From: Eutreptiella sp. 'Long Island Sound 2002'
Lineage: Eukaryota; Protista; Euglenida
Length of the DNA: 64,000 bases
Reading direction: 5' to 3'
Assembly: GCA_964036045.1 (NCBI GenBank)
Contig: OZ038378.1
Span: forward strand, 29,822,001 to 29,886,000
Below the pieces are notes generated by a model. That model saw nothing but the letters and a program-made list of their open reading frames with translations. It was not told the DNA's origin and made no database searches. This document shows, piece by piece, positions 50,710 through 62,320 of the stretch; position 1 is the stretch's first letter; every line of letters starts with the position of its first letter. The position numbers and the translations under genes are program-made.

Positions 50710-51461
50710 GCCCCCCTCTGAAGCGGTGGGGAGCCCCCAAGCGGCATGGGTTATGTAACCACCCGGCTCACTTGTAGCCTACTCCTGAGTCTGCTCTGTG
50801 CTCTGAAGCGGTGGGGACCCCCTAGGCGGCAGCAGTGATGTAGCCACCCAGCCCACTTGTGTGCTGGCCTTGATTCTGCCCCACGCTTTGAAGTGGTGGG
50901 GACACAGCAGGTGGCAGGGGTTATGTAGCCACCCGGCCCACTTGTAGGCCACTATTGATTCTGCCCCGCGCTATGAAGCAATGGGGAGCCCCCAAGCGGC
51001 GGGAGTTATGTAGCCACCCGGCCCACTTGTGGGCTACTTCCGATTCTGCCCCGCACTCTGAAGCGATGGGGAGCCCCAGATGGCAGGAGTTATGTAGCCA
51101 CCCGGCCCACTTGTGGCCCAGGCTTGATTCTGACCCCCACTCTGAAGCGGTCAGAACTCTTGAGGGGCAAGGGTTACGTACCCACCCGGCCCACTTGTAG
51201 GCCACTACTGATTCTGCCCCCCGCTCTGAAGCGGTCAGGACCCCCGGGGAGGCATTGGTTATGTAGCCGCCCGGCGCACTTGTGGACCACTCTTGATTCT
51301 GCCCCCCGCTCTGAAGCGGTGGGGACCCCCCAAGCGGTGGGGTTATGTAGCCAAACGGCCCACTTCTGCTCTGAGTCGGTGGGGTCACCCCAGGCGGCGG
51401 GGGTTATGTAGCCACCTAGCCCACTTGTGGGCCACTCTTGATTGTGCCCCGCGCTCTAAAG
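50710..51461 (-). repeat. Inverted copy of the 85-bp satellite, ~9 units
   Basis: Reverse-complement units (TTATGTAGCCACCCGGCCCACTTGTGGGCCACT...) repeat at the same spacing. Confidence 0.93.
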
Positions 51462-53299
51462 TAAGTAAATATGCATTTGCTAAGTTTTGAAACTTAGTAA
51501 AAAAATAAATGTATAAAAAATTCGTTTTTACTAAGTTTTACTATGGACCCTCGAACGACCCCCCCCCCCCCGCACAGACATTTTTACAATGTCCCAAACA
51601 TGAGAAACATGGTCGGCACGGTGAGAACGCCGAGCTCAAGGATGCATGGGAGAATGGGCGTCAAGGAAGAATGGGAACGGAAGTGCCTTGTTGCCACTTA
51701 GCAGAGCACCTAGGGTGGATCGGCCTATCCCCACCGCACTAGGGTCCCCTCCGCTACTACTACTACTACTACTACTGCTACTGCCAGTGGTGGCGGTGCT
51801 TCTGCGGCTGCTCATGCAGCTGCACAGAAGCCGATGCATGCAACCATACATTTGCTCACTTAGAGACTCGGTAACCTTCACTGACCTGGTCTTGCCTATT
51901 TGCATCTTGTGTGTGCAGCTGTACATTGGTGGGTAGCCCTTGTGGGGAGGTTTTGTCTGACGTGTTATAGTGGGCCAAGCCCTTGCTGTGGTTGCACGGA
52001 CGTGGGGTGTGTGCTTGAAGCAGAGTCCACAGACAAATATTTTATGAGCTCCAAAAGCCCTACTATTTGTGTGTGCTGCCAATATCCACTGTCTAGCTTC
52101 AGCCTTCTGTGCATTCTTGGATCCCCTGCATTTCTAAACAGAGTGACGCGACGGCATTGCGGGTCCTAATTGCGGTGTGTGTGCGTCGTGGACAAAGAGG
52201 GGGCCACCCACGTGCTAGCCTACCTACTTTCTTTGGAACTTTGGATGCACTTGCGCAATGGAGGAGATGGGGCATAGGTGCGGCATGGGCAGAGCATGGA
52301 GGCATAGGAACGGCGTAGGGTATGGCCACAGGCATAGGCATGGGCACAGGTGTGGCAAGGGCGGGGGACCTTGGGGTATGGGCAAAGACATGGCCGTGGG
52401 CACGTCATGGACTAACAGCTTGGACTCACTGTGACCCTCAGCAAAGAGCTGTAGCTGTAGCTGTGGCTGTCGTAGTTGCACTTGCACGTACCAATGTGCA
52501 ATTGCACAGTGTTGACCTCTGTGCTGGTGCGTAGGGTAATGCACCGGGGGTACTGAGTGGTAGGCTGAGCAGCATTGCACAACACCGTGTGCCATGAATT
52601 GTTGGTCCAATGTATTGGGCCAGTCTTGTTTGGCGCCAATGTTGCTGTTGATAATGATTACATTGTTATGGCTGTGGTTGTGCCGGCAGGGCTGAACAGG
52701 GCATCCCATGAGGAGAAAAGAGACTCTTGGCTTGCAATTTCCCGCCATGCCCCCCCAAAAGGATGAAATGCAGGCAGCCAACAGGGAGTGGCTCGTCACT
52801 GGCGCGTCGACCGACAGCGGTTGGTGGGTGACAGGACGTTTTTTTCATTTCACAAAAAAAGAAACGCGGGCCGTCCAGCAGCCAGCTCATTATTTTGGAA
52901 CACAGTTGGACAGCACTTCAAGGGCAACCAACGGCGGTTGGAGGTCGACGTTCTTAAACAAAAAAATTTCCTCTGAAAAACCGTTTGGTGGGTGAATGGA
53001 CAAAATGTGCCCGGCAACCACCGGCGGTTGGCAGGTGGGTGACAACGCTTGGCCTTGAGCCACAGGCCAACCTTGGCGTGCTCGTCCCGGGCAGGGGCAG
53101 AGGAAGTGCAGGGGTGCAGGTGGGAGTCGGCGTGTACCGGTGTGGGCATGGGCAAGGGCCTGGTAATGGGGTTGAGTAGGGACGCAAACATCCGATTCAG
53201 TCAGATTTGGGGAGGGCATGGGCACAGTCACACACGCATGTGCACACGCACACACCATTGAAAACGGTCACACAACACGGTCCTGAAGGCAAAAAGGGC

Positions 53300-53301
53300 A
53301 A

Positions 53302-53358
<57 letters not shown>

Positions 53359-53549
53359 AGACACACACTCTCTCTGTCACACTTTCTCGCACCCACACAC
53401 ACACGGCTCACACACACCCACACACCCACACCCACACCCAAACCCACATACTCGCTCACACACACACACACACACTCTCTCTCTGTCTCTCTGTCACACG
53501 CACGCACGCACCCACACACACGCACACACGCACACACGCACGCACACAC
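53300..53549. repeat. (CA)n/(CGCA)n microsatellite block directly abutting the exon-2 donor
   Basis: Visible CA dinucleotide runs. Similar runs occur at 31295-31320 and 44640-44693. Confidence 0.95.
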
Positions 53550-54086
53550 CTCTTTGAATGCCCCCAAGGCCCCATCGTACACGTGCGTGGTCTTCGCCAC
53601 GCCCCCGTGGTAGGGCGCCACCGCATGCCTCTCCAGGAACGGCACGATGTCCGTGTCCCCGTGCGCCATTACCATGTGCGCCGTGGCGTTGGTCGGCAGG
53701 TCGCCGCCGGTGTCCGCCACGACATCCGCGCCCTCGAACGCGGCCAGCACCACCGCCTCTCCCCCGTCCCCCCCGCAGCCCCCGTACTCTTGCCCCCGCC
53801 CCTGTTCCATGTACTCCACATTGCGGCCCTGCGCCGGCGCATACCCCAAAACGCCGTATGACTCCACAAAGAAGCAAGTGCCCCCGGCGTCCGTGACCCT
53901 CTGCGCAAGCCTCTGGAACGCCGACTGGGGCAGGCCGAGGGAGAACAGGACCACTACCTTGTACCCAGAGAGCCCGTCTGGCCCGAGCTCCTTCGTGACC
54001 AGCGCATCCAGAACGGAGGCAGACTCGCTCAGGACGCTGTAGGGGCTGCCGGTCACCGAGGCCATTGCGATATCTGTGGGCAAAAC
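53550..54086 (-). CDS. Exon 2 of plastid-targeted FIST-domain protein (FIST N-terminal part)
   Basis: Acceptor CTGCTTTCCGTAG|GTTTTG (54087/54086) and donor GAG|GTGTGT (53550/53549), both phase 0. 179 codons, GC-rich (VVLF...FFVESYGVLG...YHGGVA). It joins exon 3 in frame as GALGAFKE-VPQIVIS. Confidence 0.7.
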
Positions 54087-54109
54087 CTACGGAAAGCAGT
54101 ATCGACCAT

Positions 54110-54430
54110 CAATTGGACAACAGCGACGACAACAACGACAGCAGCAGCAGCAGCAGCAGCCACAGCAACATAATCATCAACAACAACACAAACGAAAATA
54201 ACATCATTACGAACCACAACAGCAACAATAAGAAAGCCATCCACCATCACCACAACTACAACCACAACAATAATCACAACCACAACCATGGCAATAAAAA
54301 CGTAATCATCATCAACGGCAGCATCATCGACCACGACAGCAACAGCAAGAACATCCGCCACCGCCACCAGCACTGCCACAAACAAGAACAAAAAGACTGC
54401 CACCCTCATTGCCATCATCAACAACAACAT
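54110..54430. repeat. Degenerate (CAN/AAC)n triplet low-complexity tract in intron 1
   Basis: Runs of CAA/CAG/CAC/CAT triplets. Confidence 0.85.
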
Positions 54431-55341
54431 GTGTCTGGAGATTTGGCTGCATTTTCGTGGGAAAACACCAGTACCCTAGCGCTAGCCTCAGACTGGAATG
54501 ACAATGAAATTCTCCCCTCTACCCCCAGCCCCACCAGGAATCGAGGAGGACACAGATGCAGACGACATGGCCCCGCGCGCCCTTTGCAGGAATGGACTTG
54601 GCAGAGCACGGACTGAAATGACCCATTTTGGCTGACTGGACGCGGTGCGCGCGCGGTGCAGACATTTTAAAAAAGCAGCGAACCCCGTGCAACCGGAGGT
54701 TCCAAAGGGTTTGGCTCAAACATCACTCCCTCCACCCGTGCACGTCCATGTATGCATAGGCAGCAATATCCCGGTGCCAGGGTTCCTCAGGAGTATGGTG
54801 CATGTGCAATCAGCCTCCCACTTTCACATTGGGGATCTGGGGTGTGGTGATCCCAGGCAACTACATGCCTGCCACAGGCATTGTACATAGTCTTGGACAT
54901 CTGTTGTGATCTTGAATTGGACATGGCTTTTGCTTTTTCTGGGCATGTGTGAGGCAAGGTGTTTGGGCAGTGCCAGGCCCAATTAGAAGGATTCCGACAC
55001 TTCAATCAGCACATCTCCTTCAATCCGAGCCATCAACTTAGCGTTCCAAATCGCTGTCATTTGACACGAACACTCCTGGGCTCCACCAGTCCTAGCTCAC
55101 TGTGTTCCTTTGAGCGCTGCCGTGTTTTGGCAGCCAAAACCACTGGCCCATCAATCGGGGTTAGGGTTGGGCTGCTGGATAACACGGAGTTGGAGGATGG
55201 CAAAAGGCTTTGGGGGGGGGGGGGGGGAAGTACTTCGTGGGGGCGCCTCTGCAGTCCTGCACATGTGTGTGGGCGCCCCTGTGTGGCGTGCGCGTGCATG
55301 TGGCGTGGGTCGGCGGTTGGCAATGCAATCAGGAAATCTAC

Positions 55342-55836
55342 CTCCGCCGTCCCAGCAGAGGTGGTGGCATAAGTGCGGTGGCCTCCCGCAGTGGCAGACA
55401 TGGCGGACCTCCACACCGCCCCCAGCAATGCTCCCGCCGCACAGGCAAGCGCCAGAACCAACCCCACCGGCTGGCGACTGACAGCACCGGCAGGCCCCAG
55501 AGGGCGGTCGAAGATTGTGACACGTGCAGCCCCCAGGGGCTGAGGCGCATAGGGGTGTGCTACGGGGGCCCTCCCCCCGACGGCCGCGTGCTCATGCCAT
55601 TGTGGCAGTGCCCACACACTCGAATGCGCTGTCATGCCAGTGACGGGCTGTGTGGCGGCCAGGGTGGCGGATACAGCGGCATCCGTCCCTATGCCCGCGT
55701 ACACCGTGACCACTGCCAGGAGCATGGCAGCCAGACCCACGCCAACAGCTACATCGTTGCCCCTCCGTACGAGTGGGGCAGGCTCCTGTATTGTACAGTA
55801 TTGCAGGGCTGGGGCACTCCCAACAGCACACTTCAT
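55342..55836 (-). CDS. Exon 1: euglenophyte class-I plastid-targeting presequence
   Basis: ATG 55836 lies 14 nt after a pyrimidine-rich AG (55851). Hydrophobic segment 1 (VAVGVGLAAMLLAVVTVYA), an Ala/Pro/Thr-rich spacer, hydrophobic segment 2 (VGLVLALACAAGALLGAVW), then RSAMSATAG. Donor GAG|GTAGAT at 55342/55341 is in phase with exon 2. Confidence 0.7.
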
Positions 55837-56289
55837 AGCCACTATGCAACCTGATGACAAGGGCAATGTTGGGAGAAGGTCGCCCATACAGGATCCCAAA
55901 GGAGACCAGACTTGCCACTGACATCCCGCAGGGCCACCGTGCTTTGGTAGGAATCAGCCCTGTGCCATTTGCCCAGCAGTACCTGCTCCTGTCACACCCC
56001 GAGCTCAGTAAGAAACAGCCGCATCCACAGTACAACCCCACAAAGGGGATAAACAAAGCTTTGTGAGGGTTAGGGGCACCGAGCTGGTGGAACCAGTCTT
56101 GGTTTTATAACCCTCTTTAGTGTCAACAGTGGACCTTCCAGGTTTGGCAAGCAGCAAGCAGCAATAGCAAGCAGCAAGCAAGCAGTAGCAGTAGCAGTAG
56201 CAGTAGCACGTGAAATGGGCAAAAATCAGAACTCTGTTGTGGTGCTTCGGATTCGGCTGAAATTTTGGTGGATGATGCCTATGGATGTG

Positions 56290-56935
56290 AAGGACAATCA
56301 CACAAAATCTGAGCAAGATCACTTCCAACCTATTTCTGCGCAATCAACACCCTTCAATGCCCATATTGGCATCACCAACGTGCACAGCGCATATGCTAGG
56401 GTAGGGTTATGGGGGACACCTGTGGGTCCAAAAGTGGTCAAAAATGATTTTTTTTTCAAAATTGTTCCTAGATCACCCGGGTGCTCAAATAAGTGGTCAA
56501 GGCTATTTGAGCCGTATTTGACCCATATTAGCCCATGCAAGTTCCTAAAACCACTTGAAATGTGAAACTTTAGGACCGGCAGTGCCTAAGGGGGGGGGGG
56601 AGGTCACGGGGGGGGAACGTGCTATGTTTGACTGCCATGGATTGTGTTGGGCACCCTTGTGGTGACAAATAATGATGAAGGGATCACTCCCAACCTATGT
56701 CTACGCAGTCAACACCTTTCAATGCCCCATTGCAGTGGTGCAACGTGCACAATGCATGTGGTAGGGTAGGGTTAAGGGGTCACTAGTGGGTCCAAAAGTG
56801 GTCAAATATGATTTTTTCCAAAGTTGATCCCATACCGCTTGGGGTGCTCGAACAAGTCGTTTAAGGCTATTTTGAGCCATCTTGAACCCGTATGAGCCCA
56901 TGCAAGCTCCAAAAAAGCCTTGAAATGGGCAATTT
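56290..56935 (+). repeat. Two diverged direct copies of a ~275-bp sequence (period ~365 bp)
   Basis: 56290-56565 resembles 56660-56935. Both contain TAGGGTAGGGTTA and GTGGGTCCAAAAGTGGTCAAA.ATGATTTTT. Confidence 0.75.
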
Positions 56936-57999
56936 TGGGACCAACTATGTAGCACCGGGGGGTCCAGGGGGAATGGGGGGGGGGATCGGAGGGGGGTGCG
57001 GGAGGAGTGCCGAAGGGCATGTCTCTCAAGCCAGCGAGGAAGGGTTTGGGGGACGGTTATAGGGGGAAGCCATCGGCGGGGTGCTGGGGGGAGAGCTAGG
57101 GGCATGTCTCTCGAGCTCTCGAACAAGCGAAGTGAGCAAGGAAGGGTTGCAAGGGCGGCATAAGGGGGGAGGTGGCGGGAATCGTTCTTGGTGCTCCTCA
57201 GCATGCATCCTTATTTATTCCTGTAGCCGATGTTCCCTGCCCCACTAGCTGGGTCCCAATATTCAATCTTGATTAGCGTTAGGGTCACAAACAAAGCTTG
57301 GAGCCGCTGATGTGAAACACTACTTTCTGAGATGTTCCCAAGCGCAGGAGCCACTTTTTTGACACACGCAGTCGGATTTCGAGCAATAGTGGGCAAGCCA
57401 ATAAAAATGGGATTTGAAAAAGGATTTATAATGAGTTGATAAATACAATGGGTGTTCGTGTGTGATTGCTTTTTGGAAAATTCTTCTGAAAAAATGCTAA
57501 ACATTCGCGCTTGGCTTTCCTTGCTGTGACAACATTGTTGTGTGGGCTTCCGTTACTAGAAGCTAAAATGGGATATGCCAACTCGCTGGTACCGAGCCTG
57601 TACTCGTGGCAAGTAGGTGACTTTAGCGGCACCCATACTTCGCCAATCCAACCATGTAGTTTATCCCAATTCTGTGGACCCCCTGTAGCATGTAGCAAGG
57701 ATGTATTGGAAGAGATGAGGGCCATGAAGCAACGGATACTGAGCTATTGAGCGCCCCTGCGTCACAGGCGACCGGTCATAGCTCGCTTTTGTTCTGCTAC
57801 AGTGCACCACTTCCAAACCAGTACTAAATGTTGCCTTGAGTTCGCCCGTAGGCTATCGAATGTGTCTTCGGCTGGCTTGGGTCCGCTGAACTCCAACCCC
57901 CGGAACCTGACCCCCTCGAATACTACTACTATTGTCCTCTTCTCGTCCGCTGGCGCCATCTGTACCCGTCTCCTCTTCCTCTATGTCCGAATTTGCCCC

Positions 58000-58410
58000 A
58001 TCCTGTGATCCCCAACTCATATGATCGTCAATGGGGTCTTACATCTTTTTAAGGCCCAAATCACTCCAAATGTCCCTGACCTCCCTATCACGAAGCACTG
58101 CTCGATACGCCTCCAGACCCCTTCACTGCATCCTCATCAGCGCGCTCATTACCTTGCACACCCACATGCGAGGGGACCCACTGCATTGTCACACTATCTC
58201 CCAACAACTGCCGCCTGTTCCACAGCGCCGTCCATAGCGCAATGTGTGCTAGCGGACCCCACCCGCCTCTGCCGTTCCCATTTGGCGCACTTCCCCTGCA
58301 GTCCCAAAAACACAAGTTCACTATCTCTCACGACATGCAGTTTTGCCCTTTGTGGTGTCCCCGGGAAGGGGATAGCGGGAACCCCCACCCCCTTCCCGGG
58401 CCCAACTTCC
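58000..58410 (-). pseudogene. RNase H fragment of a LINE-type retroelement
   Basis: LHVVRDSELV..., then after a frameshift LWTALW...QWVPSHVGVQGNERAD. Confidence 0.7.
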
Positions 58411-58699
58411 ATTTGAGCACACGGACTAAGGGCGGGGCCGTGAACCAAAAACTAAGTGTTTTTGTGTTCAGGGGATCAAGTTTTTTTTTGGACAAACATG
58501 CGCTTCACCCCAAGTGGCGCATTTGGGACCGTTTGCCATTTTGGTTCCCGGGAGGTATGGGATACTTCCCGGGAGTACGTGCAGACCAGAAAGGGGTATA
58601 GACCATACATATTGACCAGGAGCCCCTTGCTGATTGCACTTCCCGGTGGGGTTCCTGATTTTGGGTGGCACACAACAATGGGCGCAACAAACAATCCAC

Positions 58700-60430
58700 A
58701 ACACAATGGTTCACTTGTACGTTGTTGATACTCCTTTCTTTGCCGCTTGTTACTTTCATCCTTCACTCCCCCTGTCTTTTGTAACACCTTCAACCCCTCA
58801 TCCAAGGCATACATCTCTAGGATATGCGCCATCCCCCTTTTGCTGATTCCGGGGTTACACACCGACCACCCCCTAAAGCAGTTTTGCAGGTGTGTTTTGA
58901 ATGGTGAGTTGCGCCGTTCGGTTGGTATTGAAGTGAACATGTACATACTCCTATATTTCCTAAGAACCCATGTGCCGTGTGCCACCGTCCAATGGAGCCA
59001 CAAAGTTGCCTTCCATTTCATGAGGCTCCAACACGCACCAAATTGTTTGGCTACTTGGTCCGCACAAGCCACCTCCATGTCGCTCAAGAATGTCTTTTTC
59101 TCCACAATCCGTGTAGGTCGGCCACACTCCTAATGATACTAACAACAACGGTGTACACCTTAACATTCTTCCTCTCCACACTGTGGTTAGGGTAGAACTC
59201 GTTCAACAACCCCACCACACGCTTCTGATACTCCGGCTTTTCCAAAAATATTCTAGCCAACGCAAGGTCAAATGTATCCTTTTATTGAGGCCGGAGGGCA
59301 ACACGGTCGCCAAGGGTACATTTGCAGCTTCTTGCATAATGTCCGACCACACTTCTTGCATGCAACCTAGCACCCCCCGTCCATCCCCAACTGCTACCCA
59401 CGCTGACAAGTCACTCGCTAGTCGCTTGGCAATTGCATTGCAAAGCCGTGCCGCACAATGTGCATAGTCCCCCACCCTCTTAGTTCGCCGCATTGCTCTT
59501 AAGAATGCACCCCAACAGGCCATCAGGGTTACGTTGTCATGCAGTTCTAAGCTATCCCCATCCTCACAGGTCCAACACTTGGTCACAAGGCTATAGCTGC
59601 TAACCTGTATCCCCTTTCCGTCCCCGGTTAGAAAGCATTCAAACCCTATCGTTTGTCCGTTTTCAAGCACTACGTTGCTATTTGCCTCGAAGTACTCCAC
59701 CTGGCTATTCAATCCAGCTGCCTCATCCATCCCGCACAATCATACGCGATCATTGGCGCCTGCCATTACCCACCATGTGGCCCAATTCGCCAGCACACCT
59801 ACACCACGGGGCCCACCGGGCCATACCCCAACAAATATGTCCGCCCGAGTGGTAGACGTTCGCCACAAGGAGCATGCATCCACACGGATGATGACGGGGA
59901 TCCGACGCCATCCGGGTGGGACCGTGAGCACGCCCGCTTGTTGTGCCAACGCCACTTGGTGTTGCATAAGCTCCGTGAGTAACACCAAGGCACCCGAGCG
60001 CGGCTTGGTCCCGGGACCAATCACAACCACAGGGGTGGCCACATACGGCGTAAGTGCTCGCCGTGTTTGCAACAATTTCTCGTGGGTGCACCGGCGGCTC
60101 ACCTTGAGCATCTGGTGCACACAGAGCATCATGGACCGTGCAGTCTGGAGAACGTCAACCGCATAAACATCATATCCGGTCTCCGCATCGCACGCACCCT
60201 GCTCGCTGTCTAGACACCCACCGTTGAGCACAACAACACCCGTGGACATCACCGACAGGGTCACGTCGCTATCATTGACCAGGGCGCGGGTCACACACTC
60301 CACTAGTGCCAAGCGCTTTGCCTTTCCGTTGGGCTTCAACATGGCAAAGAGTTTGCGCGTCAGCCGCAGCACATCGGCCTCAAACCTTTTGACAACGTCA
60401 TTCATGGTGGATGGTGGCAGTACAAAGCAC
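58700..60430 (-). pseudogene. RAG1-core/Transib-like (CMC-related) DDE transposase, main exon, with a stop and frameshifts
   Basis: In order: IRVD (~59880), TGDGK (~59622), CWTC, GDYAH (~59469), WLHWTVAH (~58994-58979), SIPTERRNSPF (E ~58919). These parallel RAG1 D600, D708, CxxC, DALH, FHKTLAH and SEGNESGNKLF. Strong acceptor TTCCTGTCCACAG at ~60431. Confidence 0.7.
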
Positions 60431-61279
60431 TGTGGACAGGAAGTAAGCCAGGAAGGGTAAACAGGAAGGAGTTGGAACCTTCCAGGAACTATGTTCAGGA
60501 ACATGTTGCTGATCAGGAAGGTAATCCTGATCGGGGTTCCTGAATATACTTCCTAATAAGGAAACCCATGCTGATCACCCTTCCTGTCCTGCTTGCTCAC
60601 CCAGTTCCCATGTGCCATTCTTTGGGTTTGGTGCATTTCGGGCCATGAGGCAACGGACACTGGGCTTGCATACGCCCCCGTGTCACGGGCGCATGGTCAT
60701 CACCACACTCGGTTCAATTTCAAGTGCATTTCGCGGTGCGGGGGGGGGTTCCGTGCGTTTCAGCGGGGAGGGGGGGGGGGGTTGCTCTAGTTTCCGGGAG
60801 GGTGCCTTGGGGGGGGGATTCGGGGGCGGGGGCGGCTTGGGGGGGGGTAGGCATTGTGCCGGGGGGGGGGTCCAAGCAACGTGGGGCTTTGTGAAAGGGT
60901 CTGGCTTCGGGGGGGGGGGGGTTGCCTCGCTAACGATGACACCAACACGGGCTGTATTATTCTACATTCTCCACAGGTGCATTTTTGTTGTGAAGATGAA
61001 TGGCAGCAATATATCATCACAGCGGGGCGTCCCGTGGCGATATACGAGGTTCATCGTGATGAATCACCACTCCCTCACTGGTTGCGTCGCACCCTGCGGG
61101 CCGCGCACATGGCGCCTACCTATGTCTGCACATCGCGTCACACTGCGCCACCGAAGTATCGTCGCCGCACGGATGCTCCGCGTGGCTCACCGTAAAAATA
61201 TGCGCGCGACCGTTTACACGTCCGCACAACGTTAAAATTGGACAGTGTGGAAGGTTTTTGATGGGCTAAGCATGTCTAC

Positions 61280-62320
61280 TTCTCACCAGCTTTGGACGGC
61301 GACGGAATAATGTTTTGGGTGAGCGTAGGGATTCCGACTGGGACTAGGACTCCGCCGTGCGCGCATTTACGAGTGCCCAAAGCCTTTCGACCTCAGTGTC
61401 CACCTTTGCCTGTGCCGCGTGTGCCGTGTCCCTCTCATTGCGCAACCGCTCATTCTTTGTTGTCAGCTGGGCCACTGTGCTCACACTCTGTGCGTACTTG
61501 TCCGACAGCTCCACATAGTCCGCATGTTGGCTCTGCTCAACGCCCTTCATCGACACAATCTTGTCCCGAAGGGTCTTGTTGTCCGCCTCCACCCGAGGTA
61601 GCTTTGCCTCCATGCGCCATCACTCCAGTCACAACCTGCCTACACGCCTCATCAGCAGCATGGGAAACGCATCCGTGAGCCTGGCCACAAGGACGTCGGC
61701 CTCTTCCGTTCCGGTTGCTCCTCATCCCCAGAGCTCTCCTCCACCGTGACGTGCGTACGACTACCCAGCATCCCCTTCTCCTTCCGCCCGACGTACTCGG
61801 CTATCTTCTGGTCCATGTACCATACAGCCTGGGGCGGGAGGGGGGGAAGGTCACTGCCGCCACCAATCCGGATCGCCGCTTGCAGCCAAGTAGCCCCCCT
61901 CCGGTCGCCCACCCCGTTATCGTACATGATGTGCTCGTACTTGCCGCTGCCGGGGCCGCTGTATACCACGAACGCCCATGTCTTCGTTCCCTCGCAACCT
62001 CTTGAGACGACAACCACGGGCATATGGACCTGCGGCAGCTGGACCCTAGGACCCTCCTGTGCCTTTGCCTTGCACCGCATCGTCACAATCTTGAAACAGC
62101 GGGTGTTTCCTTGACCCACGACGGTATCCGCGACATTGTCGATCGTGAGTAGGGCCTGCGCCGGCCTCTCCCAATACTTTTCCACACCATCCCCGATCCC
62201 GCGGAGCACCCTCGTGGGCCGCCGCTCGGCTTGCGGGGTGTCCTCAAGTCCGCCGATGGGGGCTTCCGCCAGGTCATCGCGCAATGCAACGCGTGGCCAG
62301 AGGTCTATTGTGGCCTGCAA
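61280..62320 (-). pseudogene. Upstream exon(s) of the same element: unknown domain followed by a coiled coil
   Basis: ORFs 61652-62341 and 61344-61613 (heptad-rich MEAKLPRVEADNKTLRDKI...). Acceptor CTTTTCTGTTGCAG at ~62321; donor AAGCTG|GTGAGA near 61283 would join the transposase exon in phase 0. Confidence 0.45.

Noticed and set aside
48560-51461. CRISPR-like array
   Set aside because: Whole 85-bp units are homologous, with no unique spacers and no cas genes. It is a satellite.
54065-54616. Asn/His/Ser-rich ORF and its Val-rich antisense
   Set aside because: Translation of an intronic triplet microsatellite.
56395-56780. Telomeric repeats
   Set aside because: Only isolated TAGGGTAGGGTTA motifs inside a dispersed repeat, not a TTAGGG tract.
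60854-61235. Convergent plus-strand gene (RAG2-like partner)
   Set aside because: Short, with no kelch or PHD features. A stop-riddled minus-strand frame explains the region equally well.
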